From positions 1-36,180 of the forward strand of contig CAWBGA010000006.1 in assembly GCA_963788195.1 (NCBI GenBank): a DNA stretch of 36,180 nucleotides. Reading direction: 5' to 3'. The notes below the pieces were generated by a model, which worked only from the letters and a program-made list of their open reading frames with translations, made no database searches and was not told the DNA's origin. This DNA is from Nitrospirota bacterium (GTDB lineage: Bacteria; Nitrospirota; Nitrospiria; Nitrospirales; NS-4). A program made the translations under genes and the position numbers. Below are positions 1 through 7,951 of this stretch, piece after piece. Numbering within the stretch: the stretch's first letter is position 1; each line of letters starts with the position of its first letter.

Positions 1-330
1 GTTGACCCCGTAAGCCTTCTTGAGCTGTGCCAACTCCTCGGCGAACTTCGTGTCTTTTCTGATGAACAGTTTGAGGCCAGGGCCGTTCGTCACGAGCTCC
101 ACTTTCAGGCGATCCTGGCCGTACTCCTCGTAGAGGTTCTTGATATTGCTGAGCGCGCCCTTCTGGATCCGTTCCTCATCCGAGTTGAGATGCAACGCCA
201 CGCGGTGCAAGCCACCGCCGGCCTTCGGGTTATCGGATGCGGCATGCGCTCCTGAGCCCAGGGCGAGCAAACTTATCACCGCGCCGGCACCCAACGACAA
301 CACACCGCGCCGGTTCATTATCATCATCAT
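1..330 (-). CDS. DsrE-family protein with Tat-like signal (3' end runs off the window)
   Basis: Not in the ORF track. Manual translation: MMMIMNRRGVLSLGAGAVISLLALGSGAHAASDN...HRVALHLNSDEERIQKGALSNIKNLYEEYGQDRLKVELVTNGPGLKLF.... The 'VALHLN...AL.NI.N...VELV..GPGL' pattern is DsrE-like. GAGGAGG RBS lies just upstream. Confidence 0.75.
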   Translation of the reverse strand, partial: MMMIMNRRGVLSLGAGAVISLLALGSGAHAASDNPKAGGGLHRVALHLNSDEERIQKGALSNIKNLYEEYGQDRLKVELVTNGPGLKLFIRKDTKFAEELAQLKKAYGVN

Positions 331-591
331 TGCCTCCTCAATCCCTAGAGGCCATGGTTTCCCCAAAGGATTCCCCTTTGGGATAGAGCAAGATTCGTGC
401 ATTGAGGAACCCGGCACGGCCATGCCCTAAGGAGCCGAAAACATTAAAGTGAGTCGGTGCGGACGCGGACGGCGCGCCAGGACTGGCCCGCCACGCCACC
501 GGAGAACACTCGACGACTGTTGCCATGCACTACACACAGCCCGATCGCTATTCAGCAGGAGGATAGCGACGGCCCATGCCCGCATCCCGGG

Positions 592-1029
592 TTACTTGCC
601 GAAGCTGCGCACATAATGGATTAGTTGCCAGGCCTCTTCTTCGGTGACAACGAGTGGAATGAAAGGCCCCATGTCGGTGCCTGGGCTGCCGTTCTTCAAA
701 ATCCAGAACAGCTCGCCGTCCGTGCGGCGCGCCTGCCACCCCTTATCAGTGAAATTTCGCGGCAGGGGACCCTTGAGGGAACCAGGCTCGATATCGGGTC
801 CCGTTAATCCCTTTCCGTCAGCGCCATGGCAGGCCCGGCAGAAGGCCTTGCCTTCAAACAGGGTCTTGCCCTTCGCGATCGTTTCAGGCGTAGCCGGCAG
901 CGGATTCGTGACGGCGCGCGCCGCGTCGATCTGATCGTTGGGCACGCGGGGCCGAAGGACTTCAGGATCCGCCGCCCATACGAAGGACACTCCTAGCAAG
1001 ATGAAAACAGCAAGATAAGTGCTGCGCAT
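592..1029 (-). CDS. Monoheme cytochrome c, exported
   Basis: CRACH motif, signal peptide MRSTYLAVFILLGVSFVWA, candidate distal Met in NGSPGTDM. Start moved to ATG 1029. Confidence 0.85.
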   Translation of the reverse strand: MRSTYLAVFILLGVSFVWAADPEVLRPRVPNDQIDAARAVTNPLPATPETIAKGKTLFEGKAFCRACHGADGKGLTGPDIEPGSLKGPLPRNFTDKGWQARRTDGELFWILKNGSPGTDMGPFIPLVVTEEEAWQLIHYVRSFGK

Positions 1030-1113
1030 AGAATATTCTGGCCGCCGGGTTACCATTGCGGACCCAGGGGAAACGTCTCTCGACGCTTCCCCTTCGCCTG
1101 CACCGGGATTTGA

Positions 1114-1620
1114 CTACTCCTTGCGTTCCTTGTGTCCGACGGACGTCGGATGTCCGACTTCCCCGGTTGGGGCTTTGGCTCCCTTCGGCCAGAGATGGAA
1201 GATAATCCCATCGGTCTTCGCTGCCACCGCCGCAATCTCCTTCGCCTTGTCCTCCGGCACGTCCAGCACTTGTACCCGGCCGGTGTCGATCTCCACTTGG
1301 TGGTCGTGATAGTACTTGTTCCAGGTTTTCAGCGGGACATGCGCCCGAGAGACCGGCTTGGCGATGAAATATTCGATCTCAACCAACAGCGCGTTCGGAT
1401 CAGTGGACTCAAACAGCAGGCATTGCAGGACCTCCGGCGAGATGCCTTTGCAATAGTGATGAAATGGGCCATGGATCGTGCCGTCTTCGAACTTATGCGG
1501 AGCCATGACATGGATATTGAAGCCATCGGCCGGCGTCGGTTTTTTCTCTTCGGCAAGGGCCGTCCCCGTCGACAGTACCAACAGACTGAACGCACCAGCG
1601 ACACTCAGAAACTTACGCAT
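1114..1620 (-). CDS. DUF1264-family exported protein
   Basis: HHYC...LQCLLF....NALLVEIEYFI and W..YYHDH..E motifs; signal peptide; GGAGG RBS. Confidence 0.75.
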   Translation of the reverse strand: MRKFLSVAGAFSLLVLSTGTALAEEKKPTPADGFNIHVMAPHKFEDGTIHGPFHHYCKGISPEVLQCLLFESTDPNALLVEIEYFIAKPVSRAHVPLKTWNKYYHDHQVEIDTGRVQVLDVPEDKAKEIAAVAAKTDGIIFHLWPKGAKAPTGEVGHPTSVGHKERKE

Positions 1621-1726
1621 AGGACCTCCTTGGTGTGAAAATTAACGGCTATCGTTCTTTCGAGACAAATGCAGGAAAAGGATTCGGTCAAGACGCGGCC
1701 AGCAGATCCTTCTCTCCCTTCAACCA

Positions 1727-2410
1727 TTACTTGAACGTCATCATATACGCGGTGATGTCGAATACATCCTGCTCGGTTACATTTTGCGAGGGAGACGGCA
1801 CGAAGGCAGCGCTATCCGGTACGAAGTCCAGGGGGTTTTGATTGAACCGATACAGCCAATCGGCTTGGTAGCGCTTGCCGGACTCGCGAAGATCGGTACT
1901 CGTATCGCCACCCGTCCATCCTACGGCAGTGGTGGCAGGCGTGCGATGGCAGGCATAACACTGCAGCACGTCATACCGTGCTTTGCCGCGCTCAATGTTA
2001 GCACGCGTTACATTTGCCATCACCCCGTGCTTGACCAACGGCTCTTTCAGTGTCGCTAGATAATCGGCCACTGCTTGGGCATCGGCTGCCGAAAGCGCCA
2101 GATGCTGTTGCTTCCGGTCTTCCTGAAAGTCGTAGCCCATGGGATAGAGCTTGAACTTGGGATTTTTCAGCCAGGCAAGTAACCAGGCGCGCTGATATTT
2201 GTCGCCGGCTCCGATGAGATCGGGAGCTTTCTTGAATCGACGGCCGGTCGGCTCACCTTCAAGCCGATGGCACGAAGTACATGTCGTCTTCACGATGGGC
2301 TCCCCAGGGGTTTGGGCCGGAGTCTCCTGTGCTGCCGGCAGACCGAGGGCCCCTACCACGATGATCGGAACGATTAAGAACACTCTATCCCAGAATTTCT
2401 CTTTCATCAT
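1727..2410 (-). CDS. Diheme cytochrome c
   Basis: CTSCH and CYACH in two repeated class-I-like domains; N-terminal signal or anchor. Confidence 0.85.
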   Translation of the reverse strand: MMKEKFWDRVFLIVPIIVVGALGLPAAQETPAQTPGEPIVKTTCTSCHRLEGEPTGRRFKKAPDLIGAGDKYQRAWLLAWLKNPKFKLYPMGYDFQEDRKQQHLALSAADAQAVADYLATLKEPLVKHGVMANVTRANIERGKARYDVLQCYACHRTPATTAVGWTGGDTSTDLRESGKRYQADWLYRFNQNPLDFVPDSAAFVPSPSQNVTEQDVFDITAYMMTFK

Positions 2411-2435
2411 TCATCCTTTGTGTGGCGTTCTCCTG

Positions 2436-3251
2436 CTAGTACCCCATATCGTCCGGCTTCCCGCCGTTCGGCCAATCCTGCCCGCGGCCTGGAAACTCCG
2501 GACGCGGTTGACTGTTAATAAAGGTGGCGAGATCGTAAGCCTCCTCGTCCGTAAGCGTACCGCCCTGGCCCAGAGGCATATTGTGTCTGATGAATGAGGC
2601 CGCCGAGCTGATCCGTGTCATGCCAGCGCCTTTGTTGTAGGACTTCGGGCCCCAGACGGGCGGCGCCATTTCGGTCCCTTGTCCGTCCACCCCATGGCAG
2701 GACGCGCACTTGCCGGTGAACAGGCTTTTGCCCTTGGCCTGGTCTCCCCGCCTACCAAGCGTAATTGTCCCAAAACCCCGTTCGGCCATCTTCGTCTTCG
2801 CTGGGATGCCTTTGGACATCCAGGCCATGTATGAGACCAGGGCCCCCATTTCCGCGCTGTCATAGGGAAGGGGCTTGCCATTCATGCTTCGCTCGAAGCA
2901 GTCATTGATCCGAATTTCGATGGTATTCATCTTGGCGTTTCGCGACCGATATTCAGGCAACGCGGTGTATACGCCGACAAAGGGACCGGCGTACGGAAGG
3001 CGACCCGCCTCGAGGTGGCAGCTACGGCAATTCAGACCATTTCCCACATAGGATTTGGCGTTTTGCTGCGTATTGACCACGATGTCGTACCCGCGGCGAA
3101 TGGCGTCGCCTTCGGGCCCTGCCGGAATGTCTTCCAATGCGGGGGGGCTGTAGGAGGATGCCGTGCTCTCTGAACGGTTGCTGAGCAGAAGGCCAAGGAT
3201 TACCGCCACCCCTATTCCAAGAATCGCGATTCGGACTCGATTGTTCCACAT
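2436..3251 (-). CDS. tsdA: TsdA-type diheme thiosulfate dehydrogenase / tetrathionate reductase
   Basis: NGLNCRSCH, YRSR...RINDCFERSMNG (active-site Cys), CASCH, PPVWG..SYN.GAGM.R and NMPLG. Confidence 0.85.
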   Translation of the reverse strand: MWNNRVRIAILGIGVAVILGLLLSNRSESTASSYSPPALEDIPAGPEGDAIRRGYDIVVNTQQNAKSYVGNGLNCRSCHLEAGRLPYAGPFVGVYTALPEYRSRNAKMNTIEIRINDCFERSMNGKPLPYDSAEMGALVSYMAWMSKGIPAKTKMAERGFGTITLGRRGDQAKGKSLFTGKCASCHGVDGQGTEMAPPVWGPKSYNKGAGMTRISSAASFIRHNMPLGQGGTLTDEEAYDLATFINSQPRPEFPGRGQDWPNGGKPDDMGY

Positions 3252-3347
3252 GGGTCCCCCGTCTTGCGGCTCATGTACGCCTAGCCTACTTCCTGGAGCT
3301 CAATCAATCGCAGAAAGACGGCATCTATCACTCCTCAGCGGCAATCT

Positions 3348-3363
3348 AGCAATCGAGATGCCA
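3348..3363 (-). promoter_or_regulatory. sigma54 -24/-12 promoter upstream of tsdA
   Basis: Minus strand TGGCATCTCGATTGCT (GG-N10-GC). Confidence 0.7.
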
Positions 3364-3516
3364 CTTTCCCAATACACTGTAACAACTGCATCGGCGTATC
3401 AAAGGTTTAGACGAGCGCTGAACACTGACTAAAGCCAGGCAACAGGCTGGGGAGAAACGCCCCAACCGGTCGCTAGAGTCTGTTGCATAAAGAAACCTTG
3501 CTCTGCAACGATGCCG

Positions 3517-4599
3517 TTACGGCAAGGCGTACTCGTACACGAGGTCAAACAGAGGGCGCACGTCGAAGTCTCTTGCATCCGTGATCGGTGCTTGGACACC
3601 GACGCCCAGGGCCCATACCAGCCATTTCACTCGGAATTGCGGAAGAATGGCGCTTTTCGTCTCACCCTTGGACGGACCGGATATGCGCGTGGTGGTATTA
3701 AATTCGATCATCGGGGTGATCTGTAGACGAGGGTCCGGAAAAAAATAGCGCCCGATCGCCACATCAAATTTCGCCTGCGAATTGATATTCGACGATTTCT
3801 GAGGCAAGACCAGGTTGGTCGACACTTGAATCACTACCTGATGCCAGTCCCAGGCGGCGCGCAGAAAGGGTTCCCATACAAACTCCCCATCTCCAAGGCC
3901 ACGCGTGTCATCGCCCGTCGGCAGGGTCAGCTCTACTCCTATGCTTGCGAGCGCCCGATGAACCCTGCTGAAGGCTAAGACCCGTTTCACCGAAAGGGTC
4001 GTATCGCCAAGGCCTGACTCCGTCGGACCGATATTAGGATTGATGGACAGAGCGCGGGACTTGATTTCGATGTTCGTCAGCCCGTTCAAGCGGTATTCCA
4101 CCACACCGAAGTATTCACTGACCTTGTTCCCATTCCGCCCGAATCGCCCCCCGACGATCAACTCCTGTTCTGGAAAGGCCTTGCCCGTGATGAGCGCCCG
4201 CGGAGGATTCAATTCCCCTGGAACCCAGTCTGGATCGGAACACAGGGACTTGACATAACGCGCCACGTCGGCGATGTCCGAGTCGGACAACACATTCTTA
4301 AAGGCGGGCATGACGGAAGAGCGGCCTGCGTACGGCCCTCCATGACGAATGATCCCCTGCAACACCTCCACCCTGTCCTCGGCCGTCAACCGACAGTCGG
4401 TCAGGTTCGCCGGCCTGGTGGGCAGCGTCGCGGCCAGTTGCCCCGAACCTTTCGCATCCGCGCCGTGGCAAATCACGCAGTTCTTTTGGAACACGGCCAA
4501 CCCACGCCGGACACTCTCCTTTACATCTTGGGCCTCAGCAGCGAGAACCGCGACGAGCACACACAATAAGGAGACCGGGATGTATGAACGCCTCATCAC
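3517..4599 (-). CDS. Cytochrome c fused to a putative outer-membrane beta-barrel (COG4313/MetA-pathway-like)
   Basis: Signal peptide; CVICH domain with MPAF; C-terminal ~220 aa of amphipathic strands with SGLGD..L..K and LPTGD..RGLG.G motifs. Confidence 0.65.
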   Translation of the reverse strand: MMRRSYIPVSLLCVLVAVLAAEAQDVKESVRRGLAVFQKNCVICHGADAKGSGQLAATLPTRPANLTDCRLTAEDRVEVLQGIIRHGGPYAGRSSVMPAFKNVLSDSDIADVARYVKSLCSDPDWVPGELNPPRALITGKAFPEQELIVGGRFGRNGNKVSEYFGVVEYRLNGLTNIEIKSRALSINPNIGPTESGLGDTTLSVKRVLAFSRVHRALASIGVELTLPTGDDTRGLGDGEFVWEPFLRAAWDWHQVVIQVSTNLVLPQKSSNINSQAKFDVAIGRYFFPDPRLQITPMIEFNTTTRISGPSKGETKSAILPQFRVKWLVWALGVGVQAPITDARDFDVRPLFDLVYEYALP

Positions 4600-5051
4600 T
4601 CGCTGTCTGTAGACAACGACTGCGCGGCTTGCCGGACTCCGGCGCCGTGTTCATAGACGAGATCGCCTCCAAAATACCCCGTCACGCTGAGGGTCCCGAT
4701 CCCGATTAAAGCGATGACCAGATAGATCGCCAGCGTCAACGTGGTGAAGTGATTGCGAAGGAAAACACGCCCCACAAATAACACCCCAAAGATCCCCATC
4801 GTCACGAAGGCCCATGTCTCGTGCCTCTCGAGGAGTGCCTCTGCAATTCCGGCCTTCTCCACCACTTCCTCAGCCATGTCACCGGATAACACAGCGCCGA
4901 GTCCGCCCAGTAAGCCCAGTCCCAGCAACCACAGCGCTCCCTCCCGCAAACTGTCCTGCCTAAAGGCCGCCCCGATGGCGTCGAACAGCACGCTGGTGAT
5001 CAGCAAAGCAATCGGAAAATGTACCAGCATCGGATGTAAATGCCTTTCCAT
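4596..5051 (-). CDS. DUF2231-family membrane protein
   Basis: HPMLVHFPIALL, about 4 TM helices, GYFGGDLVY.HG; overlaps the next gene by 4 nt. Confidence 0.8.
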   Translation of the reverse strand: MERHLHPMLVHFPIALLITSVLFDAIGAAFRQDSLREGALWLLGLGLLGGLGAVLSGDMAEEVVEKAGIAEALLERHETWAFVTMGIFGVLFVGRVFLRNHFTTLTLAIYLVIALIGIGTLSVTGYFGGDLVYEHGAGVRQAAQSLSTDSE

Positions 5052-5160
5052 CTTGACCGTTCCTTTCTTAACTCATCTGTGTGTGACAGAAGTTTTCTTT
5101 CAGTGACTCCTCGGCCTTCATAGGCCTTCCCTGACAAAAGATCGCAGCTGTCCGCGCATC

Positions 5161-5176
5161 GGCAATGCGACAGCCT
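5161..5176 (-). promoter_or_regulatory. Possible sigma54 promoter for the DUF2231/cytochrome-barrel pair
   Basis: Minus strand AGGCTGTCGCATTGCC (GG-N10-GC, weaker flanks). Confidence 0.4.
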
Positions 5177-5248
5177 GAAGATCAGCCTACGGATTGTCCC
5201 GGTATCCTTCAAGCAGGTGATAGCCCCAAATGCCGTGAATCATGTTGG

Positions 5249-7951
5249 CTATGCCGGGGGACGCTTCGCATTTAACGGTTCGAGCCGGACCGTGGATACC
5301 TTGTACTCCGGACAGTTTGACTCCTCGTCGGCGCTGGATGAGAGCAACGCATTCAGATTGTCCTGCGGAAAGTGGAAGGTGGTAAACAACTGACCCGGGG
5401 CCACTCGCTTGCTCAACACCACCGGCAACACTGTTTCGCTTCTGGCACTGACGACCTTGACCGACTGTCCATTGCGGAGCGTCAACCGCCGCACATCGTC
5501 AGGATGAATGTCCAGCACGTTATGATCCATGAGGTCCATGATCCGAGTGCGCCGAGTCTGAGCGCCAGAGCAATAGTGTTCGAGGACACGGCCGGTGACG
5601 AGCACGAAGGGATACGCTTCCGTTGGTTCTTCCCCAGGCGAAAGGTATTCCACGCCGATGAAGCTCGCCTTCCCGCGCGGGAACGCTTCTTGATGCATGA
5701 TGGGTGTCCCCGGATGGTTCTCATCAGGGACCGGCCATTGGAGACCAGGGCTTCTCTCCAACCGCGCGTAACTGATCCCTCGCATCGTTGGTGTCAACCG
5801 GGCGATCTCGTCCATGACCTGCGAGGGATGATCATAGCTCATGGGATAGCCCATCCGTGTCGCGACGTCGCAGAACACCTGCCAATCCGGTTTCACGCCA
5901 GCCGGCGGGTCGACCACTTTGCGGACGCGCTGCACTCGACGTTCCAGATTGGTGTAAGTGCCGTCTTTCTCGACGAACGCGGCGCCGGGCAACACGAGAT
6001 GCGCGTATTTAGCCGTTTCGCAGAGAAAGAGATCCTGCACCACAAGGAAATCCAAGCGCTCGAGGGCCTCGCGCACCTTGTTCAGATTCGGATCGGTCTG
6101 CGCCACGTCATAGCCGATCACCCAGAGTCCTTTCAGCTTGCCGGCCAGCGCCGCGTCCCACATGTCCGGAATTTTGAGGCCGCGCTTGGTTGGCAAGGGA
6201 CGCCCCGTGATCTGCTGATGCAGGACCTGGAGCGCAGGATCGTCGAGCCGTTGGTACCCGCTGAAATAGTTCGGGATCGCGCCGGCGTCGCAGGCGCCTT
6301 GCACATTGTTCTGACCGCGCAACGGATTAATGCCGGTGCCGGGCCGTCCTATGTTGCCCGTCGCCAGCGCCACGTTGCACAGCGCGATGACGCCGTGACT
6401 GCCGAATTTGTGTTCGGTCACGCCAAGCCCGTGAATGGACATGGACGCCCCGCTACACGCGTAGAGGCGCGCGGCGCGACGAATCATCTCAGCCGGGACT
6501 CCGGTGATTCGCTCTGTCACTTCCGGCGTGCACGGCAAGACGCTTTGCGCCCAGTCCTCATACTGCTCCGTACGCGCTCGAATGAAGTCCTTATCCAGCA
6601 GCTCCTCTTGGACGATCACGTGTCCGAACCCGTTCAGCAGCGCCACGTTCGTGCCTGGTCGGAGCTGCAGATGCATTGTCGCGTACTGCACCAGCTCGAT
6701 TTTTCTTGGATCGATGACGATGAGCGGCGTGCCCTGTCGGGCCGCACGGAGGATGCGCGCGCCAAGTACTGGATGGGCCTCGGTGGGATTCGCGCCAATC
6801 ACCATGAGCAGCTTCGCCTGGTCGATCGAGTCCATCGAGTTTGTCGCGGCCGATGCGCCGAGTACTTCCATCATCCCCGTCACGGTGGCGCTGTGGCAGA
6901 CCCTGGCGCAATTGTCGATGTTGTTAGTGCCCAGCACACACCGGACAAACTTGGCAATGACATAATTCTCTTCGTTGGTGCCGCGGCTGGACGAGATTGC
7001 CGCCACAGCCTCGGGGCCATGCTGTTCCCGGATCTTCATGAAGCGGTCGGCGATATGACCCAGCGCCTCATCCCAAGAAATCGGCTGCCAGCTGGGAGAG
7101 GCGTTGGGGGACGAGGTTCTCAGCAGGGGTTGGGTGAGACGCTCCGGGGAATATAGATAGTCCCAGCCGAAGCGGCCTTTCAGGCAGGCATGCCCGTCAT
7201 TCACTGGATTTCCGTCCACCGGTACCATTTGGACGATTCGACCGGCGCGCACGCCGGCCGAGAACTGGCAGCCTACTCCACAGTAGGCACAGGTGGTCTG
7301 CGTCATTCCTTCCGGCAGACCGATCTGAGCCACCTTCTTTTCGTACAAAGCTTCGGTGGGGCATTCCTTCACGCACGCACCGCATGAGACACAATTGGAG
7401 GCGGCAAAACCCACATCATTGCCTGCGATCACACGCGTTCCGAACCCTCGGCCGGAAAGCGACAGTGCGACGGTTCCCTGCACGTCGTCGCACACCCGCA
7501 CACACCGCGCGCAGGCAATGCATTTCGTGGGATTGAACGCAAAGTAGGGGTTGGATTGGTCAAGCTCCCCGACGCGCTTCTTGGGCCCGCGATACCGTAT
7601 GGCATTGAGTCCGAATTGGCGCGCCAGACGCAACAATGGCTCAGACGTCTCCACGCCCTGTTCAGACTGTTCCGAGAGATAGAGCTCGATAATGTTGCGG
7701 CGATGGCGATTGAGTATTTCGGAATCGGTCTTTACCACCATCCCGGTCCGCACAGGGGTGGTGCAGGCCGCAGCCAGCGCGGGCTGGCCTTCGATGTGGC
7801 AGAGACAGAGGCGACAGCCGCCGTAAGGCTTTAGGTGCGGCGATGCGCAGAGGCTGGGGATGATAATGCCCACCGCGCGCGCGGCAGTCAGCAGCGACGT
7901 GTCGGTGTCGGCCTGCACGGCTTGGCCGTTGATCGTGAGATGTTCGGTCAC
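5249..7951 (-). CDS. fdsA: NAD-dependent formate dehydrogenase alpha subunit (Mo/W-bisPGD, Cys type)
   Basis: [2Fe-2S] motif, two CxxCxxCxxxC motifs, CAYCGVGC, NCARVCH and PLRGQNNVQG. Start set at GTG 7951, which overlaps the fdsB stop (GTGA). Confidence 0.92.
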   Translation of the reverse strand: MTEHLTINGQAVQADTDTSLLTAARAVGIIIPSLCASPHLKPYGGCRLCLCHIEGQPALAAACTTPVRTGMVVKTDSEILNRHRRNIIELYLSEQSEQGVETSEPLLRLARQFGLNAIRYRGPKKRVGELDQSNPYFAFNPTKCIACARCVRVCDDVQGTVALSLSGRGFGTRVIAGNDVGFAASNCVSCGACVKECPTEALYEKKVAQIGLPEGMTQTTCAYCGVGCQFSAGVRAGRIVQMVPVDGNPVNDGHACLKGRFGWDYLYSPERLTQPLLRTSSPNASPSWQPISWDEALGHIADRFMKIREQHGPEAVAAISSSRGTNEENYVIAKFVRCVLGTNNIDNCARVCHSATVTGMMEVLGASAATNSMDSIDQAKLLMVIGANPTEAHPVLGARILRAARQGTPLIVIDPRKIELVQYATMHLQLRPGTNVALLNGFGHVIVQEELLDKDFIRARTEQYEDWAQSVLPCTPEVTERITGVPAEMIRRAARLYACSGASMSIHGLGVTEHKFGSHGVIALCNVALATGNIGRPGTGINPLRGQNNVQGACDAGAIPNYFSGYQRLDDPALQVLHQQITGRPLPTKRGLKIPDMWDAALAGKLKGLWVIGYDVAQTDPNLNKVREALERLDFLVVQDLFLCETAKYAHLVLPGAAFVEKDGTYTNLERRVQRVRKVVDPPAGVKPDWQVFCDVATRMGYPMSYDHPSQVMDEIARLTPTMRGISYARLERSPGLQWPVPDENHPGTPIMHQEAFPRGKASFIGVEYLSPGEEPTEAYPFVLVTGRVLEHYCSGAQTRRTRIMDLMDHNVLDIHPDDVRRLTLRNGQSVKVVSARSETVLPVVLSKRVAPGQLFTTFHFPQDNLNALLSSSADEESNCPEYKVSTVRLEPLNAKRPPA

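Noticed and set aside
387..402. sigma54-like site ATGCACGAATCTTGCT upstream of the DsrE gene
   Set aside because: The invariant -24 GG is TG; at best a degenerate site.
3517..4599. Calling the fusion Cyc2 iron oxidase
   Set aside because: It lacks the Cyc2 N-terminal motif, has a full class-I domain, and its barrel is shorter.
6890..6915. Selenocysteine in the FDH active site
   Set aside because: The frame is open and encodes Cys (ARVCH); no in-frame TGA.
5372..7156. 594-aa plus-strand ORF
   Set aside because: Antisense shadow of fdsA in GC-rich DNA; no recognisable motifs.
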